Shown here: piece by piece, positions 8,535-17,057 of the stretch
How the letters are laid out: each line of letters starts with the position of its first letter
Position numbering within the stretch: position 1 is the stretch's first letter
Virus record (IMG/VR): IMGVR_UViG_3300002140_000088
Reading direction: 5' to 3' (one strand)
DNA length: 20,000 nucleotides
Source of the DNA: an uncultured virus (IMG/VR IMGVR_UViG_3300002140_000088)
Lineage: Duplodnaviria; Heunggongvirae; Uroviricota; Caudoviricetes
Program-made: the position numbers and the translations under genes
Notes under the pieces: generated by a model
The model's input: only the letters and a program-made list of their open reading frames with translations
Database searches by the model: none
Told to the model about the DNA's origin: nothing

Positions 8535-9068
8535 TTATTTAAATAGATCGGCAGTTTTGAGGAAACGTCCGCCCCATAGGGATTTTTGAACCATCTCTGG
8601 CTCATCCTGTACGATCTCGCCTAGATCGCCAGACTTGCGGAAAGCGGTATCTGCCTCAACAGCATCAACCCTCTTTCCAAACTCTTCTTTTGTCTCAGCA
8701 ACTTGTGCTTTGACTGAGTCGAGTGATTTATTTAGTTCTGAAACCTGCTCGTGTAGAGACTTTACGGTTTCTGCTAGATCGCTAAAGGCTGATGTGATAG
8801 TATTCTTAATTTCAGAAACAACATTATCTGTAGTGTCTGACTTAGATACCTCGTCAACTTCTACAGCCTCTTCGACTGCTTCAGCATCAACTGGGGTAGC
8901 CTCTTCGGCTACCTCTTCAACGTTGTCAGACTTTTCGACATCGACTTCTACCCCAGTCTCTTCTGTTCCAACAACCTCTTCAGTTTCGGCATCTGCCTCT
9001 GGAGCGACCTCTACTTCTTCAACAACCTCATCAGATTTCTCTACAAGGTCTTTCGTTGCGTTAGTCAT
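8535..9068 (-). CDS. Nested in-frame scaffolding protein (177 aa, MTNATKDLVEKS...)
   Basis: AAGGAGGT-aagtcct-ATG at 9068, in frame with the protease gene and exactly at the start of the acidic region. Confidence 0.75.
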   Translation of the reverse strand: MTNATKDLVEKSDEVVEEVEVAPEADAETEEVVGTEETGVEVDVEKSDNVEEVAEEATPVDAEAVEEAVEVDEVSKSDTTDNVVSEIKNTITSAFSDLAETVKSLHEQVSELNKSLDSVKAQVAETKEEFGKRVDAVEADTAFRKSGDLGEIVQDEPEMVQKSLWGGRFLKTADLFK

Positions 9069-9827
9069 AGGACTTACCTCCTTTGTTATCTTAACTGTAT
9101 TAATGCCTTTAGCACTATCAATTAAGAACTTTATCATGTCTGCTTTTTCTTTATCTGATTTTTCAACAAATCCAATGTTTTCCATTACATCACCAGATAC
9201 TGGGCTAACCTCTGATTCGTTCTCTGAAAGAACCACTAGGTCAGAAGCTGCATCCCAAAATACATTTTCTAAAACTGTATCTGAATCGATACCAGTAATA
9301 ACATCAACGCCATCAATCTTTTCGACAGAAAGAATGCTTGCAAACTGATTTGCTGGGGAATCAACCAAAGATAGTTCAATCAGATCGTACTGCTTGATAA
9401 CACGAATCTCGTGCTCCATCTTCTCATCATATGCGTCATCCCACTTTAGCATTTTACCACCAATAGAGAATCCTGTATATGTTCCGTCAATAACCTTTTC
9501 CCATGCATCCTGTGCACCCTTGGAAACATATGCAGATACATATACACCACGGTAGAATTTCTTTGTTTCTGGATCAAAGTATTTATCTTCTTTGAAATCT
9601 ACCATTTTGCCAATAGCTGTTGGCTGGTGCATTTCACGAATATTACCACGGAATTTTGTAAAAGCTTCCATGCTGGCTTCTGCCGTAACAATATCATTTT
9701 GCTTATCCACGTTATCCAAGGTGGCAAAGCCAGAGACGATACGCCTCTCTTGATCAACTTTTGTGAATGGCATAGACAGGCGAACGGTATCGCCTTCAGT
9801 ATCCCAGTGTGCTTTAAAAATAGTCAT
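8535..9827 (-). CDS. Prohead maturation protease fused to an acidic/coiled-coil scaffold domain, 430 aa
   Basis: HK97-like protease motifs RIVSGFAT..DKQND, IREMHQ (His), YTGFSIGG (Ser), ELSLVDSPANQ; Glu-rich C-terminal half with heptad coiled coil; located between portal and capsid genes. Confidence 0.92.
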   Translation of the reverse strand: MTIFKAHWDTEGDTVRLSMPFTKVDQERRIVSGFATLDNVDKQNDIVTAEASMEAFTKFRGNIREMHQPTAIGKMVDFKEDKYFDPETKKFYRGVYVSAYVSKGAQDAWEKVIDGTYTGFSIGGKMLKWDDAYDEKMEHEIRVIKQYDLIELSLVDSPANQFASILSVEKIDGVDVITGIDSDTVLENVFWDAASDLVVLSENESEVSPVSGDVMENIGFVEKSDKEKADMIKFLIDSAKGINTVKITKEVSPMTNATKDLVEKSDEVVEEVEVAPEADAETEEVVGTEETGVEVDVEKSDNVEEVAEEATPVDAEAVEEAVEVDEVSKSDTTDNVVSEIKNTITSAFSDLAETVKSLHEQVSELNKSLDSVKAQVAETKEEFGKRVDAVEADTAFRKSGDLGEIVQDEPEMVQKSLWGGRFLKTADLFK

Positions 9828-9836
9828 ACTCCCTCA

Positions 9837-9874
9837 ATTATACAACCTTTTTTGAATAATGTTAATTATTCAAA
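9837..9874 (-). promoter_or_regulatory. Promoter TTAACA-N17-TATAAT overlapped by a perfect 10-bp inverted repeat
   Basis: -10 TATAAT at 9842-9837; TTAACA at 9865-9860; TTTGAATAAT-gtta-ATTATTCAAA at 9851-9874. Confidence 0.6.
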
Positions 9875-11476
9875 CTATCGTGTTGCTTGTCCTTCACCTT
9901 GTGCATTTCTGCCGTCAATTGTTGCAGGACTGTCTGCCTGGTTATTTGATCTTTCGGCATCTCTCTGCCTATTTCTATCAGTATTAGCTCTCATGTCTGT
10001 AGCTTGACGTGAAGACATTTGGAATGGTTCATCACCATCTGGTCTTTGTGGCAAACCAAGTTTTTGACGTGCTTCATTTGGGGTCATAACCTGAGTCTTT
10101 ACGTACCGTTCTAAAATCTGTGATTGAGCAATCTCATCAGTTAGGGTTAACTCATTAAACTTAAACTCTAGGATGTCAGTCTTTTCTTTAATTACCCTAT
10201 TAATCATTTTTTCAAGATTACGTTGAGCTGGTCTAGATACCTGCTCCTTAAATGTGCGATCTTGTGCTAGAGCTGCTGCAATAGCAGACTTATCTCCACC
10301 ACCAATCTTAGATAGTGGAACTTGATGGGCAATAAGAATATCGTCACGATTCTGTGTCCTATATTCTTTGAACGATGCTTCTTGCACACCAGCTTCAATA
10401 GGCTCCATCTTAAACTCAACCTTATTGCCATCATTATCTGCAGGCAATGGAATGTATAAGCTTCGGTGTGACTGTCCTTTAAGATTTGTCTGAAGGAATC
10501 TAAACAATTTATCTTCTGCATCAGCAGATAGCTTAGCACCCTTAAGGGTAACAATGTAGCGTGGCACGGCCTTGTTTCCAAAGTAGTCAATGTTGTATTG
10601 AGAAGCTAGCTGATCACCTTGAAGAGATGTAATGGCAGACATAATGTCTGGAACACCATAGAATGTGTTCAGTGGTGAGTACTCTTTATAGTGAAGAATT
10701 TCATTTGGTCGTGTATCTGTTGTTACTGGGTTTGGGTTCTTTGCCCCGAAATTTCTAAAGTAAACAACTTTATTTCCAATTATCTGTACGTACCCGTCAC
10801 GCAGTCTACGCACACGCATTGTAGTTGATGGGATGTGTCCAATGTAGCCAATCTCGCCCTTAATTGTTCTTCCAATTTCCAAGTATCCATTTCCTGTTGC
10901 CTGAACATCTGTATAAAATTTATTTAAAGTTTCTGTAAAAGATTCATCATCGTTTAAGTTTTCTAAGAAATCTTTGATTTCAACTTTAGCTCTTTCAATT
11001 CTTTTACGAGCACGATCAGTTGCTTCTGTATTTTGATTATCTTCTAGCCTTAGCATTGTTCTCTTTGATACTTCAAAGTCATAGCCTAGGCCAACAATGT
11101 TTTCTACCTTTGCATCAATAGCAGCATGGTTGGCAAAAGAAGTATCATAAAAGTTTGCCAGTTCGTATAAGTTCCAAGGTGGTGTGATGACATCAAACAT
11201 TCCATAACCATTACGGAAAACATCTCCTGGGTTAATCTCTTTAGACTTTGCCCCTTCAATTCCAGCAGCTGTGGCCTTTGCCGAATCAAGGTAGTCTGCT
11301 GTTGGTGGCATCTGAACATACTTTGCAACTCTGCTAGTGCGTCGTTTAAAGTTTGTGTCTAATCCATTAAAAGACTTAAGATCATTCCAGTCTTTGCCAA
11401 ATGGGTCTTGTTTCTTAAATAGATCTTCTTCTTGTTGTATCTCTGGCATTGATGCACCAACAACATATTCAGACAT
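9875..11476 (-). CDS. Portal protein (HK97/PBSX-like), 533 aa
   Basis: HAAIDAKVENIVGLGY, DVQATGNGYLEIGR, NEILHYKEYSPLNTFYGVPDI, YNIDYFGNKAVP, DILIAHQVPLSKIG and MTPNEARQKLGLP motifs; directly upstream of the protease. Confidence 0.95.
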   Translation of the reverse strand: MSEYVVGASMPEIQQEEDLFKKQDPFGKDWNDLKSFNGLDTNFKRRTSRVAKYVQMPPTADYLDSAKATAAGIEGAKSKEINPGDVFRNGYGMFDVITPPWNLYELANFYDTSFANHAAIDAKVENIVGLGYDFEVSKRTMLRLEDNQNTEATDRARKRIERAKVEIKDFLENLNDDESFTETLNKFYTDVQATGNGYLEIGRTIKGEIGYIGHIPSTTMRVRRLRDGYVQIIGNKVVYFRNFGAKNPNPVTTDTRPNEILHYKEYSPLNTFYGVPDIMSAITSLQGDQLASQYNIDYFGNKAVPRYIVTLKGAKLSADAEDKLFRFLQTNLKGQSHRSLYIPLPADNDGNKVEFKMEPIEAGVQEASFKEYRTQNRDDILIAHQVPLSKIGGGDKSAIAAALAQDRTFKEQVSRPAQRNLEKMINRVIKEKTDILEFKFNELTLTDEIAQSQILERYVKTQVMTPNEARQKLGLPQRPDGDEPFQMSSRQATDMRANTDRNRQRDAERSNNQADSPATIDGRNAQGEGQATR

Positions 11477-11856
11477 TATCCCTCATCCCCGTACTCATTT
11501 AGTGTTTTCTTTGCTGCAATAACGGCACCAAGGTCATTCATACTTGGAATAAGTCCCTGGGCCATTCTGTCTATTTGCTCGCTGTGTTCTTCTTCAGAGA
11601 TCTTTCTCATATTTGGATAGAACTTAGCCACACCTTCAGCTTGACCATAATGTCTTGCTGCATTCTTTAATTCATTAATACGCATTGCATCGCCACGCAT
11701 TGATTCTATAGATAATGCGTTACCCTCACCATCAGTGAATGCTTTACCGCTTGGTTTATGCCACACATAAGTACCAAAGTTAGAGAAGTTCTCTTCGATA
11801 ACCTGTACTTTTGTGTCACCGACTTGACCAGGGAAACGTGGTTTCTTTTGTTTCAT
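11476..11856 (-). CDS. Hypothetical protein (~126 aa, start MKQKKPRF at 11856), translationally coupled to the portal
   Basis: TAATG overlap with the portal start. The ATG at 11856 lies 7 nt after an extended -10, so it is preferred over the GTG at 11862. Confidence 0.7.
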   Translation of the reverse strand: MKQKKPRFPGQVGDTKVQVIEENFSNFGTYVWHKPSGKAFTDGEGNALSIESMRGDAMRINELKNAARHYGQAEGVAKFYPNMRKISEEEHSEQIDRMAQGLIPSMNDLGAVIAAKKTLNEYGDEG

Positions 11857-11863
11857 AACCACT

Positions 11864-11872
11864 AGTATACCA
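11864..11872 (-). promoter_or_regulatory. Extended -10 element TGGTATACT, positioned for a leaderless transcript
   Basis: TGGTATACT-agtggtt-ATG; no SD sequence. Confidence 0.65.
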
Positions 11873-11874
11873 TA

Positions 11875-14800
11875 TTATACTGGTTTGACTGTTGCAGACT
11901 GTATTGTTAGGTCATTTAAGAAGGAATATTGGTAACTTAGTGGTGATAATGCAACATTATCTCCAAGAATTACTTTATTTGTACCAGTAAAGATGCCATA
12001 AATAACTGATGGATCAATACCTACATATTCTGATTCCCCAAGGATAGCTAGGTTTGCTGCCTGCAAAGAATTTAGGGCATAATACGAAACATTGTTAAAC
12101 ATTATTGGGCCTACAAAATTGATTCTTCCAGACTTACCACTAATATCAATTGTTTCTTTTAGAGCAATAGCTATCATGTTCCAATCATAGATTGAAAATA
12201 CTGGATTGCTAGAACTTCTGCCATTGATATAGAATATTACAGATTTATCCAATACATTATTTTTATTTGTAGCGTATAGCCTAAACCTTTTATCTGATGG
12301 AATTGATGGCTCAATCCATATCTTTATCATATCTTCTGAGCTACTACTATCTATTTGCATTATTTCTGTTGGCTCAGTTACCGCATCACTTCTGGTAAAC
12401 CTCATTGAAAACTGAACGGTAGATAGTTTATAGTTATCTGATCTTTCTCTATTAACTGGTAAAGATATTCCTCTATCGCTAGAGAATGAATCTCCAGTTA
12501 GTTCGATACCGCTATGTTTTGTAAGGTATAAATGTGGAGTACTGTCCTTGTACATCAAATAAGGGTTTTGAGCCTTATAGTCATAGTACAAACCATATTT
12601 TTTATACGGATACATTGATATACCAAATCGTGTTTGAATTGGATTAACCGAAAGTGAATTTAAAGCTTTGCCAGCTAATTGCAATGATCTAACCCTAATT
12701 GGATTTTTGATTATTCCTTTTGAGGACATGTCAACATGCACAACGATAGAAAGATCATTAATGTTTACTCCAGCTGGTGGATAGATTATTGTTCCGTTAA
12801 TAACTTCATACTTGGTAGTTAGCCAATCCGATCCAGGACTTACAATTCTACTTGCTGGTAAAAATTCTGTATTTGTAAAAAGATCATCGGTTGTTGTTGA
12901 GCCAGAGGTGATCATCTGAAAAGAAACATGTGTCTTTGTTTGCAGATTAGACGTGTCATAGTTACCATCACTAAAAGAGCTAGGGATAGTTGTATCAGAA
13001 TTATATTGAATAAAATCGAGTCCGTAAGATTTTGAACCATTTGGATTTGTAATAGTTTTTGCGAAATATGTTAATGGAGCATAATCTTGCCAGTATGAAC
13101 TAGTAGCAATATCCAAATATCTAGTGCCAAAGAAGCTTTTTAAAACTAATGTATAGCTAGCAACATGAGAAGAAATATCATCAATATAATCTTCATACAA
13201 GTATCCAGCATTCGCTGTTACTGCTGGTTCTCCAGAGCTATACACAACGCCATTACCGTCAAACTGATATCTAAGAAATGGTGTTCCATTAGAATCAAAA
13301 AGATAGTTAAGTTTATTTATATTTCTTTGTGTACAAAATCCTATCCTATATATTGATCCAGTAAATGTTTTATTAAAGTTTTTATTTCCACCAACATAAA
13401 GTTTTAACTGTCCTCTATTTCCAACAAGCGTTGAGGCATTTCCTCCAAAGTAACTAGCAAACTGAGAAAAATTAATGCCAGCAACAAAAGAATAACCGAG
13501 AGTAATTGCTGGAGTTTGATAAACAAGAGATTCTGTTGTTGAATTAAATAATATCTTATACCTGATTACATGTGCAATAAATTGAGCTGGATCATTTTTT
13601 TCAGACATGGATATTGTTGCACCATCTTTAAATTCTGTTATTTCAAAAGAATCATTGTTAATTTTTTTAACAAAATATTCTTTTGCAAGAATTAGCTCTG
13701 ATGGTAATATTCCAGAGAAAATAATGATGTCGTTATTGTTTAACCCATGTCCAACTGATGTAACTGCTGTACCGCCAGGGAATGAAACATTCTTATTTTC
13801 AGTATGAAGATCCACATCAAGATAGTTCCCAGTAACTTGATTCTCTAGTCTAAAAAGTGTTTGGGTAGAGTTATAGCCTATTGGTGCCTCAAAAACAGAA
13901 TAGAACCCGCTAGTCTTTTGTTCAAGTATGTCAGCCTTATTAAAGAAAATATAGCCATCTGTGTCTACCCAAGAATCATCTGGCTTTAGTGTAATTGAAT
14001 CAGAATAGTTGTTTGCCAGACTTTGTGTCCAACTATCAGTTGTTTTATTATTAAAAACAATATCTGGCAAAGAGTAATCTGGTGGTCTAAGAACATTGCT
14101 ATTAGAAGAAATATTTTCTGATATACCCTGTCTCCAGCGAACGGTATCTGGATAGATATAATTATTGCTATAGCGAGAAAATGTATAATCTATTGGAAAA
14201 GATTTACCAGAATATGATGAAGCAATGTTTTCTGGAAACTCTATAGCTTGACCATATACCCATCGTCTTTTTGATACAGCACCAGGAACACGATATGAAT
14301 AGATTGCAACACAGTCAACCTCATACTGTCTAATATCAGAATAAGAATAGAAGCCCAACCAATCTTGATCTTTACCAGCAAGGCTTTGCTTTTCTGGAAG
14401 AATTAGGTCTGCTGTACTAAAAGATAGATCAATAACTTTTTCACCATTAATGATTAAGGAAGCACCATTGCTAAAAATAATTACATTGACTAGCATTGGA
14501 CGATACCATTCGCCAATGTAGTGTGCACCGATTGCATCACCAACCTTTAAGGTTAGGAATGGTCCATCAACATATAAACCATCTGTAGAGTTTATTGGTC
14601 CAAATATTCTTTTAGGTTCTTTGGTGTCTGGGCTAATTCTTAGCCACATCTCTACCGTATAAGTTTTATACCTTCCAGCTTCATTTAAACATCCATTACC
14701 TGGAATAATTAACGATGGGCCACCAAACCTTTCGGGCAGTAAACTTGTAAGACTAGATGACCCATATACCATTGGCATATTTTCATTCTTTGCCAATAGT

Positions 14801-15771
14801 TTGTTTTCTCTAGCCAAGTAATATGCTGGAAGATCTTGTAGACCGTAAGAATCAGAACGTACAGCATAATACTGTTGTGGTAGATTTATTCCAGAAATCT
14901 CTTCGATAGATGTTCCAAAGGAACTTTCAGAGAATTCTGCAGACCACTGACCAATAGATAAGCCACTAACATATGACCTACTCTGTGATGCTGAATATAA
15001 ATTATATTTAATAAATGGTGTAATTGTTTTTACAGATATTAGTTGTAGGTTACCAAATTGAGGGTAGGTAAATTGTAATCCGCCAGAACCCGAAGACTCT
15101 TCTAGCTCAAAAGTATTTGTTGTGGCGTTAGCTACATAATAAATATTATACTTATTAAGACCAGCTGGCATATCATATTCTGCATCTATCTTAAACCTAT
15201 CACCATTAGAAAATCCATGATTAGATAGTGAGATCTTCGTTGGGGTTCCATTTACTACTATTAGATTATTACTATCAAAAGCGATACTTGTTATTTCTTC
15301 GCTGGGTAGCTGAAAAGTTTTAGAAATATGTTGCCACTTGCCATAATCAGAAATAACAAAGTTTTCTGAATACTCTTGGCTATCGGTATGTCTTGGAATA
15401 CCATTACCGTCATATTTATAACCAACATCAACAGAAGCAATGTTGGTTGAATATGGATAAAAGTGAAAGCTAATTGTAACACTTTCAAGTTCTTTATTTA
15501 TATATTCTGTTACTAGTTCTGAAGCAGATACTAGAAAAGATTGATTAACTCCACTAGTAATTTTGTATACCGCAGAATTTTCGATGGGACTAATCAAAGA
15601 ATAATCTTCTACAATAGAACCACTATTATTTGCCCAAATAGAGTTATTAGAAAAGTCACGATCATTATCAGAAATTAAAGAAATGTAGTCAACTGTTTCA
15701 TCCAGTGGCCATAAGGCTATAGGATGTTCCCCGAAAACTTTCTCGGCATAAAGGTTAGAAGCATTAGACAT
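11875..15771 (-). CDS. Large beta-rich virion protein with concanavalin A/LamG-like domain(s), 1298 aa (putative minor tail/baseplate protein)
   Basis: N-terminal YAEKVFGEHPIALWPLDE and YTVEMWLRI...SLIINGEKV...VDCVAIYSY are LamG-like patterns; Ser/Asn/Tyr-rich; contains two HG[FL]xxxD inserts. Confidence 0.65.
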   Translation of the reverse strand: MSNASNLYAEKVFGEHPIALWPLDETVDYISLISDNDRDFSNNSIWANNSGSIVEDYSLISPIENSAVYKITSGVNQSFLVSASELVTEYINKELESVTISFHFYPYSTNIASVDVGYKYDGNGIPRHTDSQEYSENFVISDYGKWQHISKTFQLPSEEITSIAFDSNNLIVVNGTPTKISLSNHGFSNGDRFKIDAEYDMPAGLNKYNIYYVANATTNTFELEESSGSGGLQFTYPQFGNLQLISVKTITPFIKYNLYSASQSRSYVSGLSIGQWSAEFSESSFGTSIEEISGINLPQQYYAVRSDSYGLQDLPAYYLARENKLLAKNENMPMVYGSSSLTSLLPERFGGPSLIIPGNGCLNEAGRYKTYTVEMWLRISPDTKEPKRIFGPINSTDGLYVDGPFLTLKVGDAIGAHYIGEWYRPMLVNVIIFSNGASLIINGEKVIDLSFSTADLILPEKQSLAGKDQDWLGFYSYSDIRQYEVDCVAIYSYRVPGAVSKRRWVYGQAIEFPENIASSYSGKSFPIDYTFSRYSNNYIYPDTVRWRQGISENISSNSNVLRPPDYSLPDIVFNNKTTDSWTQSLANNYSDSITLKPDDSWVDTDGYIFFNKADILEQKTSGFYSVFEAPIGYNSTQTLFRLENQVTGNYLDVDLHTENKNVSFPGGTAVTSVGHGLNNNDIIIFSGILPSELILAKEYFVKKINNDSFEITEFKDGATISMSEKNDPAQFIAHVIRYKILFNSTTESLVYQTPAITLGYSFVAGINFSQFASYFGGNASTLVGNRGQLKLYVGGNKNFNKTFTGSIYRIGFCTQRNINKLNYLFDSNGTPFLRYQFDGNGVVYSSGEPAVTANAGYLYEDYIDDISSHVASYTLVLKSFFGTRYLDIATSSYWQDYAPLTYFAKTITNPNGSKSYGLDFIQYNSDTTIPSSFSDGNYDTSNLQTKTHVSFQMITSGSTTTDDLFTNTEFLPASRIVSPGSDWLTTKYEVINGTIIYPPAGVNINDLSIVVHVDMSSKGIIKNPIRVRSLQLAGKALNSLSVNPIQTRFGISMYPYKKYGLYYDYKAQNPYLMYKDSTPHLYLTKHSGIELTGDSFSSDRGISLPVNRERSDNYKLSTVQFSMRFTRSDAVTEPTEIMQIDSSSSEDMIKIWIEPSIPSDKRFRLYATNKNNVLDKSVIFYINGRSSSNPVFSIYDWNMIAIALKETIDISGKSGRINFVGPIMFNNVSYYALNSLQAANLAILGESEYVGIDPSVIYGIFTGTNKVILGDNVALSPLSYQYSFLNDLTIQSATVKPV

Positions 15772-15778
15772 ATAGTCT

Positions 15779-15787
15779 ATTTTATCA
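15779..15787 (-). promoter_or_regulatory. Extended -10 element TGATAAAAT, positioned for a leaderless transcript
   Basis: TGATAAAAT-agactat-ATG (15771); no SD sequence. Confidence 0.65.
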
Positions 15788-15810
15788 CAATAGTGCTACA
15801 TGGTTATGGA

Positions 15811-16713
15811 TTATGCCCGCCATCTTACGATTACGATACCGGAACCACCAGCGCCGCCAACAGAATCTCGACTAGCGCCACCACCGCCGCCAGTATTTGC
15901 CGTTCCGTCTGTCCCGTCGACGCCAACAGTCGACGTGCCCGCACCCCCGCCACCAGTACCACCAGAGCCAGAAGTTGTCGTTCCGCTACCGCCACCGCCG
16001 CCAGCCCTCGTGACAGAAGAACCCGTGATTGCATTTGACGTGCCATCACCACCGTTGCTACCGTTATTACTTGTTGCGTTAGCGCCAACAACGCCAGCAC
16101 CCCCGCCGCCAGCCCCAGCATCCTCAGCGGAATTGCCCCCATTGTTTCCAAGCAAAGCAACCCCTAACCCACCTTGGTTGTAAGTTAAGGAACCGCCGTT
16201 TGCGCCGCCACCGCCACCGCCGGAAGCACCGTTAGAGCCAACCTCTGCATTTACGCTTGAGGCGATACACCCGCCGCCGCCACCGCCAGGAACCCAATAA
16301 GAACTTATTTTACTGGGGAAACCGTTTGCTCCACTAGTAACATTTATTGGTCCGCCCTGACCGCCATCGCCAACAACAACATCAAGCGAACCTGCAGGCA
16401 GATAACCGTTCTCTATATAAAAGTGCCCACCAGCGCCGCCACCGCCGCCACGGTTGGAACCCGCACCGCCGCCGCCACCGACCAAAAGAATGTCAAAGAA
16501 CCCGCCACGAGTAACCGTCAAAGTCCCATCAGTAAGGAACGACACATACTCGTAATCCACACCACCATCAGTGTAAGAACCAGTAGGAGTATTAGAAGAT
16601 AATCCATAATCAATAGTATTTAAGATGCTCCAAACTCCAGCGGTATCATTATACACAAATTCATTAAATCTTTGGCCATCAGTTGGTGAATCTGGAAAAT
16701 TAATTTTAGTCAT
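15811..16713 (-). CDS. Glycine-rich putative tail fibre/decoration protein (~300 aa, start MTKINFPDSP at 16713)
   Basis: GGAGG RBS and TAATG overlap at 16713; LLVGGGGGAG...GGGGAGG...VVVGDGG...ANTGGGGG...GGAGGSGIVIVRW architecture of phage glycine-rich domains. Confidence 0.8.
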   Translation of the reverse strand: MTKINFPDSPTDGQRFNEFVYNDTAGVWSILNTIDYGLSSNTPTGSYTDGGVDYEYVSFLTDGTLTVTRGGFFDILLVGGGGGAGSNRGGGGGAGGHFYIENGYLPAGSLDVVVGDGGQGGPINVTSGANGFPSKISSYWVPGGGGGGCIASSVNAEVGSNGASGGGGGGANGGSLTYNQGGLGVALLGNNGGNSAEDAGAGGGGAGVVGANATSNNGSNGGDGTSNAITGSSVTRAGGGGGSGTTTSGSGGTGGGGAGTSTVGVDGTDGTANTGGGGGASRDSVGGAGGSGIVIVRWRA

Positions 16714-17057
16714 TATGACTCCTCCATTATTGGTATCCAATTACATGCATTAGGATCTAGTTCATAATCAATAATACCGTTTTCTAAACTAGGTAATGGT
16801 TTAGGAGGAATAAAAGCATCTAGTGTTTCATCGTATGTGAACCCGATGCCCGCATAGTTGAACCTAAAAGCTTTAGTCTGGTCAGCGGATGGTCCCCCGT
16901 CAGTGTAGTGAACCCCACCACGGGTATTATACGAAGTCTGCTTATATACATCTCCAGTGCGGGCGGTCAGTTCAGCCTCAAGCCCGTCATCTTCTTGCCT
17001 GCCGACAGTTACAAAGGTAACAATGTTGTTTTCATCTAGTTTTGCGAAGTGTGCCAT
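16713..17057 (-). CDS. Small phage protein (MAHFAKLDENNIV...), putative partner/chaperone of the Gly-rich fibre proteins, 114 aa
   Basis: TAATG-coupled on both sides; YKQTSYN...FRFNYAGIGFTYD...DAFIPPKP motif. Function is inferred from context only. Confidence 0.7.
   Translation of the reverse strand: MAHFAKLDENNIVTFVTVGRQEDDGLEAELTARTGDVYKQTSYNTRGGVHYTDGGPSADQTKAFRFNYAGIGFTYDETLDAFIPPKPLPSLENGIIDYELDPNACNWIPIMEES

Noticed and set aside
8635..9348. 237-aa Ser/Thr-rich plus-strand ORF
   Set aside because: Mirror of the Glu/Val/Asp-rich scaffold codons on the minus strand.
3024..13807. Remaining short ORF-track entries overlapping the main genes (e.g. 3024..3206, 3882..4136, 5912..6163, 7677..7952, 9627..10007, 10267..10590, 13165..13356)
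   Set aside because: They lie mostly or wholly within well-supported minus-strand genes, with no initiation signals or protein-like features.
15724..16183. Pro-rich plus-strand ORFs and an alternative-frame minus ORF
   Set aside because: Poly-Pro is the antisense reading of poly-Gly codons; GC-rich DNA has few stops.
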